From Patescibacteria group bacterium (lineage in GTDB: Bacteria > Patescibacteriota > Minisyncoccia > UBA6257 > GWB1-50-10), in contig JBBTQX010000003.1 of the NCBI GenBank assembly GCA_038065455.1, positions 24,253-88,252 on the forward strand: a DNA stretch of 64,000 nt. The letters run 5' to 3'. The position numbers and the translations under genes are program-made. The notes below the pieces were generated by a model. It did not search any database. It worked only from the letters and a program-made list of their open reading frames with translations, and was not told the DNA's origin. Positions 47,466-55,932 of the stretch are shown here, piece after piece; the stretch's first letter is position 1; each line of letters begins with the position of its first letter.

Positions 47466-48796
47466 GGCTGTTTTGCCGCCGGCCGGCCGAATAGGTATGC
47501 CGCAAAAGCGAGAAAAGTGAAAACGTTGATATAAATAACGAGAACATCGAAAAGCACAATGCCCTGAATAAGGTAAGCGAGCGAAAGACCGAAGAGAAGC
47601 GCTTTAACAAAGGGGGATATGTTTCCCGATGATATCTCAGCCGAACGGAACAGTTGGCGGAAAAAAACGGCGAAAATTCCCAAAAACGAAAGAAGCCCGA
47701 GGAGACCGGTCTCCACCAGATAATCGAAATAAATACTGTGGGCCCGATCGAACCACGCCCCGAATCCCTCGCTTGGACGGAAATAATTCGTATTGAAGTG
47801 GCGGTCAAACACCTGAATGAAATTTTCCGGACCCCAGCCCAAAATCGGCCGTTCTTTGAATCCGTCCAAAGCGATTTTCCACATAATCGCCCTATCCTCG
47901 AAAGTTCTCGCCGAAAAAGAAATATTGAAAATCCGCGACCCCGGAATGGACTTGACGAAAGATGTGTCTTTGAAATAAACCAAAGAACCCACCAGAATCA
48001 CCAAGACGAAACCGATAATGAAAAGCCATTTGCGCATGGATGGGCGGGTATAGATAAAGTAAAAAAGACCGGCGATTACCGCCACGACCAAGCCCATAAA
48101 AGCGCCGCGGGTTCCGGCGGCGAAAAACATCGCGGCGAAAGCGGTTCCGATAAGGTAAAGCGCGAAAGCTTTCGCCGATTTCAGACGATCGGGATACAAA
48201 TCATGGAGAAGATATAAGACGTAGAAAATCATAAAAATCGAGAAAGCGGCAAGATAAGCCGGATTTCCGATGGAGCCGGAAAAACGGAAACCCGAATTGC
48301 CGAAGAGCTGACCGATGAATTTTGAAACACCTAAAGCGGCCAAAAAGCCGTAAATCCCCGAAAGAACTCCGCCTCCGATTGCCCAACCGAAAAGCCGGCG
48401 CCAATCGCGCTCTTCGTCAAAAAGCGCGACCAAAAGGACGAAAAATGCCCAAAGATGGAGCATCTGTAAGCCTCCCTCGCCACGTTCGAAATTGGACCAG
48501 AAAGAATTGGAAGGATTGATTCCGAAAAAACCGGCCAAGAGAAAGAATGTCGCGAAAACGGAAACCGCTATCACAAGCGGTTTGCGGAATATAGCCAATA
48601 ATTTTCGGCTCATAACCGAGGATTTGTCCTGAAAAAGAAGCCCGAGCAGGAAAAATATCACTGCTAAATCAACCGTTGTCCGAAACCAGGAATATTTGCC
48701 GACAATAAACGGAAAAAGCGTGGATATGGAAACAATCGCCACGGCAAGAACCGATAATTTGAGAAAATTCTTGGAAGTCTTGAAATAATCGAACAT
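47462..48796 (-). CDS. O-antigen ligase/polymerase-like (Wzy/WaaL superfamily) polytopic membrane protein.
   Basis: About 12 TM helices with a large periplasmic-type loop. Last gene of the glycan operon. Confidence 0.4.
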   Translation of the reverse strand: MFDYFKTSKNFLKLSVLAVAIVSISTLFPFIVGKYSWFRTTVDLAVIFFLLGLLFQDKSSVMSRKLLAIFRKPLVIAVSVFATFFLLAGFFGINPSNSFWSNFERGEGGLQMLHLWAFFVLLVALFDEERDWRRLFGWAIGGGVLSGIYGFLAALGVSKFIGQLFGNSGFRFSGSIGNPAYLAAFSIFMIFYVLYLLHDLYPDRLKSAKAFALYLIGTAFAAMFFAAGTRGAFMGLVVAVIAGLFYFIYTRPSMRKWLFIIGFVLVILVGSLVYFKDTSFVKSIPGSRIFNISFSARTFEDRAIMWKIALDGFKERPILGWGPENFIQVFDRHFNTNYFRPSEGFGAWFDRAHSIYFDYLVETGLLGLLSFLGIFAVFFRQLFRSAEISSGNISPFVKALLFGLSLAYLIQGIVLFDVLVIYINVFTFLAFAAYLFGRPAAKQP

Positions 48797-48844
48797 AAGA
48801 AACCGTCAATTAAGAGTATAGCAAACAAGTTCCGGAACATAAAC

Positions 48845-48869
48845 CCCGCCAGTCCAATGGACTGGCGGG
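48845..48869 (-). terminator. Terminator hairpin (11-bp perfect stem CCCGCCAGTCC/GGACTGGCGGG) after the 48900..49841 gene.
   Basis: Read from the sequence. A weak U tract follows on the minus strand. Confidence 0.45.
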
Positions 48870-48899
48870 ATTATTCAATCATGCATGCATGAGAAAAAT

Positions 48900-49841
48900 C
48901 TATCGTCCCTGAAGTTTCTCTTGAACTTGCGCCTGCAATATCTTCGTAAGTTCTTCGAGCAATTTCGCAAGCTGGTCTTGGAGCAATTGGATCTGGGCTT
49001 TTACCGCAATCGATTGTTCCTGAACCGGAGCACTCGCCGCCGAACCGGAAATCAATTGATTCAGTTTAGCGCGCGTATTGGGCCCCACTTCGCCATAGCC
49101 GATATCTCCCTTCTTCGCGATCTCATACTTTTCCTGAAACCGCTGAACGGCTTTCTGGGTAAGCGCGCCGAAGTATCCCGAAATTATACCTTCCGGATAT
49201 TCTCCGTTACGCGCCAGAAATCCCTGGAGCTGTTTTACGTCATTGTTCTCCGTGCCAACCTTGAGCCGGGCGATAAACCGCGATCCAGCCGAAGAACCGC
49301 CGGTGGCGGATTGGACAGCTGGAACGGATACCTGGGAAGTCGCGGCCGGTACGGCGGGAGCCGCGACAGTCGCAGCCGTTTGTGGAGCGGTTGTGGTCAC
49401 AACCGGCGCAGGAGCTGTATATCCCCCTCCTCCGCCACCTCCGCCGCCTCCCCCGCCACCCGCACTCGCAGCAGTACAAGTAGCGCTCGTAGGAGTAAGT
49501 GCAAGCGTTTCGGTTTGAGTCGAGGTTAGAGTTACCTCCGAAAGTCCGGGATAACAGGTGAATGTGCCTATGTCATTGCCCAACTGATTCATGCCGTAAG
49601 ACCTGACGATTATCGAGGAGCCGTTCATCATATTAAAACTCACCGAATTAGTCGTTACGGAAAAATCCTGAACGCTGCCGGCAGGCACGGTCAAATCGAT
49701 TCCCAGCGAATCAATATGGATAAGGGCATTCGTCGAAAAAACCACATCATTGAATGCCGCCAAAGCCGGAAGAGAAGCGCCGAAAATCAGCGCCAGAGCA
49801 AGAAGGAAAACCGTCGATGAATAAATTATTTTATTTTGCAT
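48900..49841 (-). CDS. Secreted protein with a beta-rich N-domain, a poly-Gly linker (14 G), a PG_binding_1 peptidoglycan-binding domain and a C-terminal coiled coil.
   Basis: Signal peptide present. GGGGGGGGGGGGGG run. LQGFLARNG...GYFGALTQKAVQRFQ PG-binding motif. Confidence 0.55.
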   Translation of the reverse strand: MQNKIIYSSTVFLLALALIFGASLPALAAFNDVVFSTNALIHIDSLGIDLTVPAGSVQDFSVTTNSVSFNMMNGSSIIVRSYGMNQLGNDIGTFTCYPGLSEVTLTSTQTETLALTPTSATCTAASAGGGGGGGGGGGGGYTAPAPVVTTTAPQTAATVAAPAVPAATSQVSVPAVQSATGGSSAGSRFIARLKVGTENNDVKQLQGFLARNGEYPEGIISGYFGALTQKAVQRFQEKYEIAKKGDIGYGEVGPNTRAKLNQLISGSAASAPVQEQSIAVKAQIQLLQDQLAKLLEELTKILQAQVQEKLQGR

Positions 49842-49861
49842 TATCTTGATTTAATTAACCT

Positions 49862-49923
49862 TTAAAAACAGCGAAGCGGCCGACCTTTCTAAGCGAACTT
49901 ATGAAGTGCCTCACTGTTTTTAA
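49862..49923. terminator. Long imperfect hairpin with 10-bp perfect terminal arms TTAAAAACAG/CTGTTTTTAA. Terminator for 49939..50958.
   Basis: Read from the sequence. T-runs on both strands. Confidence 0.4.
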
Positions 49924-49938
49924 AGTATTCCCTCCTTA

Positions 49939-50958
49939 CTACTCGTTCTTGATGCAGAAGTAATTCCACGCCATCGTGAGAGTCGTTGTGCCGTGAATTA
50001 CTCCGAAGTTCGTCGCGGTTGAAGTGGTATAAGTGCTTGTTGCCATCAATCCGGAATTGGCGTCAGCGGCGGAAATGAGACATACCGGCGCGGCGGTATA
50101 TGTCGCGGCAAACGTTACGGTCGACGAGACATGGCCGCTGTCTACGCTTGTGAAGGAACCGGCGGTATCCGTGGAAGCCGCGCTAACCGTTGCTGTCCCA
50201 CCACCTGCCGTCGGAGCGGTACCATTCGAAACAAGTTGCCCGTTAAAGGCGATTCTCGCCGTGCCCGCTTTAAGCACGAGCGACGAAGTTCCGTTCGTCG
50301 TTCCAATCGTGATGAGGTTAGGAACCCCGCCTGTTCCGATATTCACCAATTTGCCGTTCGTCGCGCCCGTCGCGATATTCACGGTCGTCTGGCCGGTACC
50401 AGTGCCGAAGTTTAGGGTATTCACACCCGAACTTTGACCGACAGTAAGTGCGCCCGTCTGGGCTTCACCGCCGATTGTAAACGTACCGGTCGTGGTCGAG
50501 GTGCCGATGGAGTAGGTAGCAGCCCCGGCGCCGCCAATCACAAAATTTCCCGTCCCGACATAAAAATTCAAGGACGATGTGCCGTTCGTCGTTCCAATTG
50601 TGATGAGATTGGGAACTGCGCCGGTTCCGATATTCACCAACTTGCCATTCGTCGCGCCCGTCGCGATATTCACAGTCGTCTGGCCGGTGCCGGTGCCGAT
50701 ACCCACCGTGTTCACGCCGGTACTCTGACCTACCGTAAGCAGGCCTGTTTGGGCCGCACCGCCGATCAGGATGACCCCGCTCGTCGTTGAGGTGCCGATG
50801 GAGAAAGTCGAGGTAGCTACTCCGTCTATGGAAATGTCGCCGCCCGTCGTCAACACTCCCAATCCCAATGTCAAAGCGGCTTGCACGGAAATAATTCCCA
50901 AGAGCAATCCGCCCAAGACAACTCCGCTCAAAATCGAATATTTTTTGATTGTTTTCAT
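49939..50958 (-). CDS. Secreted Gly/Thr-rich protein with an internal duplication of about 110 aa.
   Basis: Signal peptide present. Two near-identical blocks (...QTTVNIATGATNGKLVNIGTG.VPNLITIGTTNGTSSL...). Confidence 0.5.
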   Translation of the reverse strand: MKTIKKYSILSGVVLGGLLLGIISVQAALTLGLGVLTTGGDISIDGVATSTFSIGTSTTSGVILIGGAAQTGLLTVGQSTGVNTVGIGTGTGQTTVNIATGATNGKLVNIGTGAVPNLITIGTTNGTSSLNFYVGTGNFVIGGAGAATYSIGTSTTTGTFTIGGEAQTGALTVGQSSGVNTLNFGTGTGQTTVNIATGATNGKLVNIGTGGVPNLITIGTTNGTSSLVLKAGTARIAFNGQLVSNGTAPTAGGGTATVSAASTDTAGSFTSVDSGHVSSTVTFAATYTAAPVCLISAADANSGLMATSTYTTSTATNFGVIHGTTTLTMAWNYFCIKNE

Positions 50959-51132
50959 TGTTTTGTATTTAATCCTATTTCTAAATTACGACCTTTTATT
51001 TTATTGTTTATTTTTGTTTATATGATTTTCATGCGACCTTTAAAATCGAATCGGATCCCGATTTGAAATCGCGATTATCTTCATTTAATGATAACAAATT
51101 GCCGATATTATAATTGTGCATAACTAAAAAGA

Positions 51133-51165
51133 CCCTCTCCGCCAGCTGGCGGAGGGGCCTTTTTA
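51133..51165 (-). terminator. Rho-independent terminator downstream of the 1135-aa surface protein gene.
   Basis: CCCTCTCCGCCA/TGGCGGAGGGG stem with T runs on both strands. Confidence 0.5.
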
Positions 51166-51196
51166 TTCCAATTATGCGCTATTGGAAAACCGGATG

Positions 51197-54100
51197 CTAG
51201 TAACCCGTGTTGATCGTTCCCAGTGATGGCTTGCCATCTACGAAGAGGGCCTGCGCAATACCGGTAAGATCCGTCGGGGTAACAGTCGACTCATACGGAT
51301 CGGAGTCATAACCCAGCTGGGAGTTATCAGCCTGATAGAGCAAGGTTCCGAGACGATTGACCGAGAAATTCCAACGAGTTCCTCCTGCCGATGTCTCATG
51401 ATTCTTGATGGTCAGGTAACGATAACCGCCATTGCCCGTGATTTGACGATTCGCCGCCGTTGAGGTGGAAATGTCAAACGTCACGACACCACCCGAGATC
51501 GCCACACTGCCGGCCGAAAGGATCTGAGAGGAATCGCTCTGAGAGCCGTCCTGCGAGGAGATATAGAGATCATAGGTGCTGGTTGAAGCGCCCGATTCGC
51601 TGAATACGAAGGAGGTTGAGGTGCTCAAACGAATAGTCTTGGAACCATTGTTCGCAATCTTTAAGATTCCGAGAGTATTGTTCGCGCCGCAAGAGGCCGC
51701 CGCGGTTGAACCGCAAGTGGTCACCGCTCCAGCCGCCGGAGATACGCCTGTTATAACCACCTGTTGAGGAGTTACAACGTAGTTTCCCGCTGTCGCCGGA
51801 ACACCCGTCTTCGTCGCCGCAGTGGAACCAGTGTTGGAACCCTTGACCGAGATGTCCGCCGTAGAAGACGTCATCACGAATCTGAAGAAGTCGCCAAGTC
51901 TGGCACTGCCACCCGCACCAATATCAGCCTTTACAGTGATCGTCGTTCCGGAAACCGGCACCGGCGCTGCAAGGAGGTTATCGGAAGCGGTTACCGTATA
52001 TGTGCAAGAAGTGGAGGAAGAAACCGTACCCACGTTCAAACACCTCGGTTCGGCCGTCGCAAAATACGTTCCGTCCGCATAGAATTTCACGTTGCTGATG
52101 GTCGTCGTCGCCAACTTGTTTATGGAGGACGTCGCGTAGACCGTCAGTGCCGTGATTTTCTGCGTTTCATACTGCGAAGCCAACTGGAAGGCAAACACTA
52201 CCTGGCCGGTTGAACCCACAGTCACAGTCGTCGTCGTATTCGGAGCGCCAGCCGCATCCGAAAGGACGAGTCGGCCAGCCGCCACGTGCGCCTGACCCTG
52301 GCCGGAACCACTGAAAGTGATGTCCGAACCATTCGTGAGCGTATTGCCCGTTACCGCGCCAACCGCCGTCACCGCCGAAGTGGAAGACGCCACCTTAAAC
52401 GTGTGCGTGCCCGTTCCGGAAGACGCGTCCGCCTTGAAGTGCAAGGTGACCGGAGTCGTCTTACCTACGGTAAACGGAGTAGAGAAGTCAAAGGAGACCG
52501 TCGCGGCATTCGAGGCCGTCGAGGCGGTCGTCGTCAAAGGCGACGTATCGCTGTCCTTATAGAGATACAAATTCTGAACCTCCGTCAGGAGCGCGCCGTC
52601 GGAAGAGACGACAATTTTCGAGATCTTCACATCCTCGCCGCCCGTTGAGGCATCGAGTTTGATTGTCGCGTACTCGTACTGCGTCGTTCCCGCCACGATG
52701 CTGTTCGCGACCGGTGTCGAGAGCGTCGTTACGGAAAGAGCCGCGGCTTTGACCGAAATTGAATTCGCATCAGTCGCGCTCGTCGGATTAGTGATGAGAT
52801 CGTTCGTCGTCAAGCGCTTCGCGCTCGTGACTTGGAAGTCTTTCACCTGATAGTTATCAGATGCCGTCGCAGTGGAATTGATGGAACCCTCAATCGTGAT
52901 AAAGCTGTCCACGCCCGCGGTAAGCACCGGATAGGACGAGAGTGAGTACTCCGTCGCCGTTGTTACCGAGATGCTGGAGGCGGCCGCCGAATAGACAGTC
53001 GCACCATTCACCTTTACGTAGAACGTGCCATTGAGATTACGAACACCCGAGGAAGAAGTTACCCAGAACTTCACCGCGCGGAGCTCGTAGTTCTCGCCAA
53101 TCGGTTTCACTGTGTATTTAGCCAGAGAAACATTGGTGGAACCCGGGACCACGGCGGAACTCGGAGAATCCGAAGCCTTAATCTGGGTCAAAGAACCCGA
53201 ACCAATGGTCTGGATGTTGAATCCATTACCGATCGGGAAGGTGGTGTCGTTCGTGCCGACGCCCGGAATGACCGATACGCCAGTGCCGGAACCGCGGAGA
53301 TCGAGATCGTAGTTGTTATAAACCACGTAGTTAATCGTCCGGGCTGCGCCATCCACGATCTTCGCCTTAACGGTGAAGTCTTTCGTCTGGCCCTTATCGA
53401 TGAAGAACGGGGTCGCGAGAGTAAACGTCACATACTTGCCAACCTGCTGGGCCGTCGCGAGGACTGCTCCAGCCTGATTCAATAATTGGACATCTTTCAC
53501 ATCCGAATCCGCGCCGCTCCCATTGTTGTAGAGCATTACGGAATAGATATTCACTGCCTCGTTAGAGGAAGTTTCCTGAATGCGGAATTTGGTGATTTCC
53601 TGTGCGCTCACAGCATCAACGCTTAAGGTGGAAGAACCCGTGCCCGTCAACACGTCTAAGGTGGTGGAGGCCAAGGAGCTGCCGCCGTTCACGATGGTCA
53701 TCAAATTGCCGGAAATCGGGAAGGAACCCGAAATCGCAGTCGTGTTTCCAGTGATTGCCGAAGCGGCATCAATGCTGAAACCAACGTTGCCATTCAAGTT
53801 TCCGGAAAGGAGGTTAAACCTGACCGTGAAACTGGTGGACTGACCCGCCGCCACCGCAATCGGCGCGCTCGGGAAAGTTAAACCAATGGTATTGTCGGAA
53901 TTGATGGAGGTAACGACATTGCCATGCCGTACGCCCGACGCATCAACGACGTCAACGCCATTCAAATTGGTGTTCGCCACGAAGCCAGTCTTTTTCAAGG
54001 TGACTCCCGTAACATTCACTGCTTTGGAACCGGCAGTGAGGTTAACTTTCAACGCAGAGTTGAAAGCCGTACCGCTACCAATTGTCCTGGATGCCGGAGA

Positions 54101-54604
54101 ATCCGAAGCCAGGCTCACAACGAGATCTGTTCCCGCCGGAACCGTGACTACCGGAACCGCTGGGGTACCACCAGGGGGGGTAACAACCACGGAACCGCCG
54201 ATGGCCGCGCGAGACTTTGCGCCGAAGTAACCGACCGAAGGGGTAATCCCCTTAGAAGCCTGCCACTTGGCCAAAGCAGCCTTCGTCGCCGAACCAAAGT
54301 AAGCGGTCGGGGCGGAAACTGCCGTTAAATAACCGCCGTTAATCAGGATCTGCTGGAGAGCGCTAACATCGGTTCCTTTGCTGCCGAGAGTGAGGTTCTT
54401 GGTGAAAGAAGACGATGCCGGAACGCTGGCCGAGCCGCTCTGAAGAGCGGTTATTTGAGCCGTCAAAGCCGCGATCTGGGCCATAAGCTGGTCAATCGTG
54501 GACTGCGACGTCTGGGCAAAGGCCGGAATTACCGAACCGGCGAACCATGCCGCCGTGGTAAGAGAAAGGCCTACTGCCACTACTTTTCGACTTAAATTAC
54601 TCAT
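51197..54604 (-). CDS. Large (1135 aa) secreted cell-surface protein. Signal peptide, coiled coil and a PG_binding_1 domain sit at the N-terminus, followed by a long Ser/Thr/Gly/Ala-rich beta-rich region (S-layer-like or adhesin-like).
   Basis: N-terminal signal peptide. LGSKGTDVSALQQILINGGY...ATKAALAKWQ PG-binding motif. Low-complexity repetitive remainder. Confidence 0.55.
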   Translation of the reverse strand: MSNLSRKVVAVGLSLTTAAWFAGSVIPAFAQTSQSTIDQLMAQIAALTAQITALQSGSASVPASSSFTKNLTLGSKGTDVSALQQILINGGYLTAVSAPTAYFGSATKAALAKWQASKGITPSVGYFGAKSRAAIGGSVVVTPPGGTPAVPVVTVPAGTDLVVSLASDSPASRTIGSGTAFNSALKVNLTAGSKAVNVTGVTLKKTGFVANTNLNGVDVVDASGVRHGNVVTSINSDNTIGLTFPSAPIAVAAGQSTSFTVRFNLLSGNLNGNVGFSIDAASAITGNTTAISGSFPISGNLMTIVNGGSSLASTTLDVLTGTGSSTLSVDAVSAQEITKFRIQETSSNEAVNIYSVMLYNNGSGADSDVKDVQLLNQAGAVLATAQQVGKYVTFTLATPFFIDKGQTKDFTVKAKIVDGAARTINYVVYNNYDLDLRGSGTGVSVIPGVGTNDTTFPIGNGFNIQTIGSGSLTQIKASDSPSSAVVPGSTNVSLAKYTVKPIGENYELRAVKFWVTSSSGVRNLNGTFYVKVNGATVYSAAASSISVTTATEYSLSSYPVLTAGVDSFITIEGSINSTATASDNYQVKDFQVTSAKRLTTNDLITNPTSATDANSISVKAAALSVTTLSTPVANSIVAGTTQYEYATIKLDASTGGEDVKISKIVVSSDGALLTEVQNLYLYKDSDTSPLTTTASTASNAATVSFDFSTPFTVGKTTPVTLHFKADASSGTGTHTFKVASSTSAVTAVGAVTGNTLTNGSDITFSGSGQGQAHVAAGRLVLSDAAGAPNTTTTVTVGSTGQVVFAFQLASQYETQKITALTVYATSSINKLATTTISNVKFYADGTYFATAEPRCLNVGTVSSSTSCTYTVTASDNLLAAPVPVSGTTITVKADIGAGGSARLGDFFRFVMTSSTADISVKGSNTGSTAATKTGVPATAGNYVVTPQQVVITGVSPAAGAVTTCGSTAAASCGANNTLGILKIANNGSKTIRLSTSTSFVFSESGASTSTYDLYISSQDGSQSDSSQILSAGSVAISGGVVTFDISTSTAANRQITGNGGYRYLTIKNHETSAGGTRWNFSVNRLGTLLYQADNSQLGYDSDPYESTVTPTDLTGIAQALFVDGKPSLGTINTGY

Positions 54605-54857
54605 TTTTTACTGTAATTAACACAAATAATCAAAAACAAAAATAAGGTTCTCTTATAGGTGCTTTAATTATTTGATTTTTGAATTAAATTTAATGATTTT
54701 ACTGATTTTCGGACTTGAAAACGATTTTTCGTTCCAAGCCGCCGACCTTTTGAGTTTCAGGACACCATTATGCTCTGGTCTTTCGACCACCGCCTAAGTG
54801 AGGTAAGCGGCGGAGACTCTGGGAAATGGTGGGTTAATATCTTAAGTGAAGGAGCTA

Positions 54858-54885
54858 CAAAAAAGTCCCGCTTTGAAGCGAGACT
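54858..54885 (-). terminator. Rho-independent terminator for 55102..55932.
   Basis: Minus-strand stem AGUCUCGC/GCGGGACU (one G-U pair) followed by UUUUU. Confidence 0.45.
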
Positions 54886-55101
54886 ACTTTTGTGAATCGG
54901 TTGCGAAAATGTACGAATCCAAATTCGTAAATTTATAGCCGCACATGGCGGCTTTCGTAACTAAAACAGTACAAAAGCTTGGCCTCACTTCCAAGCAACT
55001 TTAGCTCTAATATAACAAACGTCGGAGAAAAATCAATCCACAGGCCATCCCCATATCATGTTTTTCCGCGTCCTATTTATAACGAAAATCGCCTATCTCC
55101 G

Positions 55102-55932
55102 TTACGGCAATATCCAGGTGACGGTGGCGAAGATCAAACTCAAAACCACGGCGAAAATAGTCAGTTCCCGCAAGACCAGGGTTAAGCCCAAAAAACCCTT
55201 TAAACTGGCCAAAATAGCATCTCTCCCGATAATCAGGAAGAGAGTAAGGAAGGCGGCGGCATTTATGAATCCTAGAGGCAAAAGGAGGGATAAAGCGGCT
55301 ATTTGGCAGGCCAAAAAACCCATAGACCAGCTTATCATTCGGAGGGTCCATCCGGCGGCTACTCCCTCAAAAACCAGGAATTCCCTCACAAGAAGCGTTG
55401 TTCCCGAAAAAACCGCCAAAAACCACAGAATATCGGGCAAAACGAAGCCGGCGGAGAATCCCGGCCAGCGGTAAAAAATAAGGATGGAAAAACAGGCAAT
55501 CAGGGCGATATTCAAAAGGCCATAGGCGATACTTCGGTTTTTAAAGAGTAGATTCACGAGTCCCAGTAAAAGAAAAATAAAACCGCCGAAAATCAGAACT
55601 AAAAGGACGCCAATCAATCCCTTTAGGGAAAATCCCGGGAAAGAAAGCACGGCCGAGGCCCCAAGAACGCTTCCGACGGAGACGAGCCAGTAGGATGCGC
55701 GGAACAATCGCCTGTCCGGCAACTCCGAAAAATAAACCACTCCCATAAAAACGAAAAACAATAATATCGGCCAAAAAGAAAATCCGGCCAGAATCAAAAG
55801 GCCGAAAACAATGGAGGCGCCGAGCGTCTTAGCGAGTAACCTCCACCCGGTTTGATTTATTAATGATGATATTAGCTTTTTGACCATCTTTGAGCAGTCC
55901 GCGAACAATCCGGTCGGCAAGGGCATCCACAA
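55102..55932 (-). CDS. Polytopic membrane protein of unknown function. The 5' end is uncertain because the ORF overlaps clpB by about 100 nt.
   Basis: About 8 hydrophobic helices. Confidence 0.35.
   Translation of the reverse strand: MWMPLPTGLFADCSKMVKKLISSLINQTGWRLLAKTLGASIVFGLLILAGFSFWPILLFFVFMGVVYFSELPDRRLFRASYWLVSVGSVLGASAVLSFPGFSLKGLIGVLLVLIFGGFIFLLLGLVNLLFKNRSIAYGLLNIALIACFSILIFYRWPGFSAGFVLPDILWFLAVFSGTTLLVREFLVFEGVAAGWTLRMISWSMGFLACQIAALSLLLPLGFINAAAFLTLFLIIGRDAILASLKGFLGLTLVLRELTIFAVVLSLIFATVTWILP

Noticed and set aside
48881-48892. (CATG)3 microsatellite next to the stop of 48900..49841, considered as a phase-variation tract.
   Set aside because: It lies outside coding sequence, between the stop codon and the terminator hairpin. 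Three units is too short to call a slippage tract with confidence.
55829-55932. Overlap of about 100 nt between clpB and the downstream membrane protein ORF, considered as possible programmed overlap or fusion.
   Set aside because: It is more likely the wrong start codon choice for the membrane protein, since internal Met codons exist. The ClpB C-terminus looks complete.
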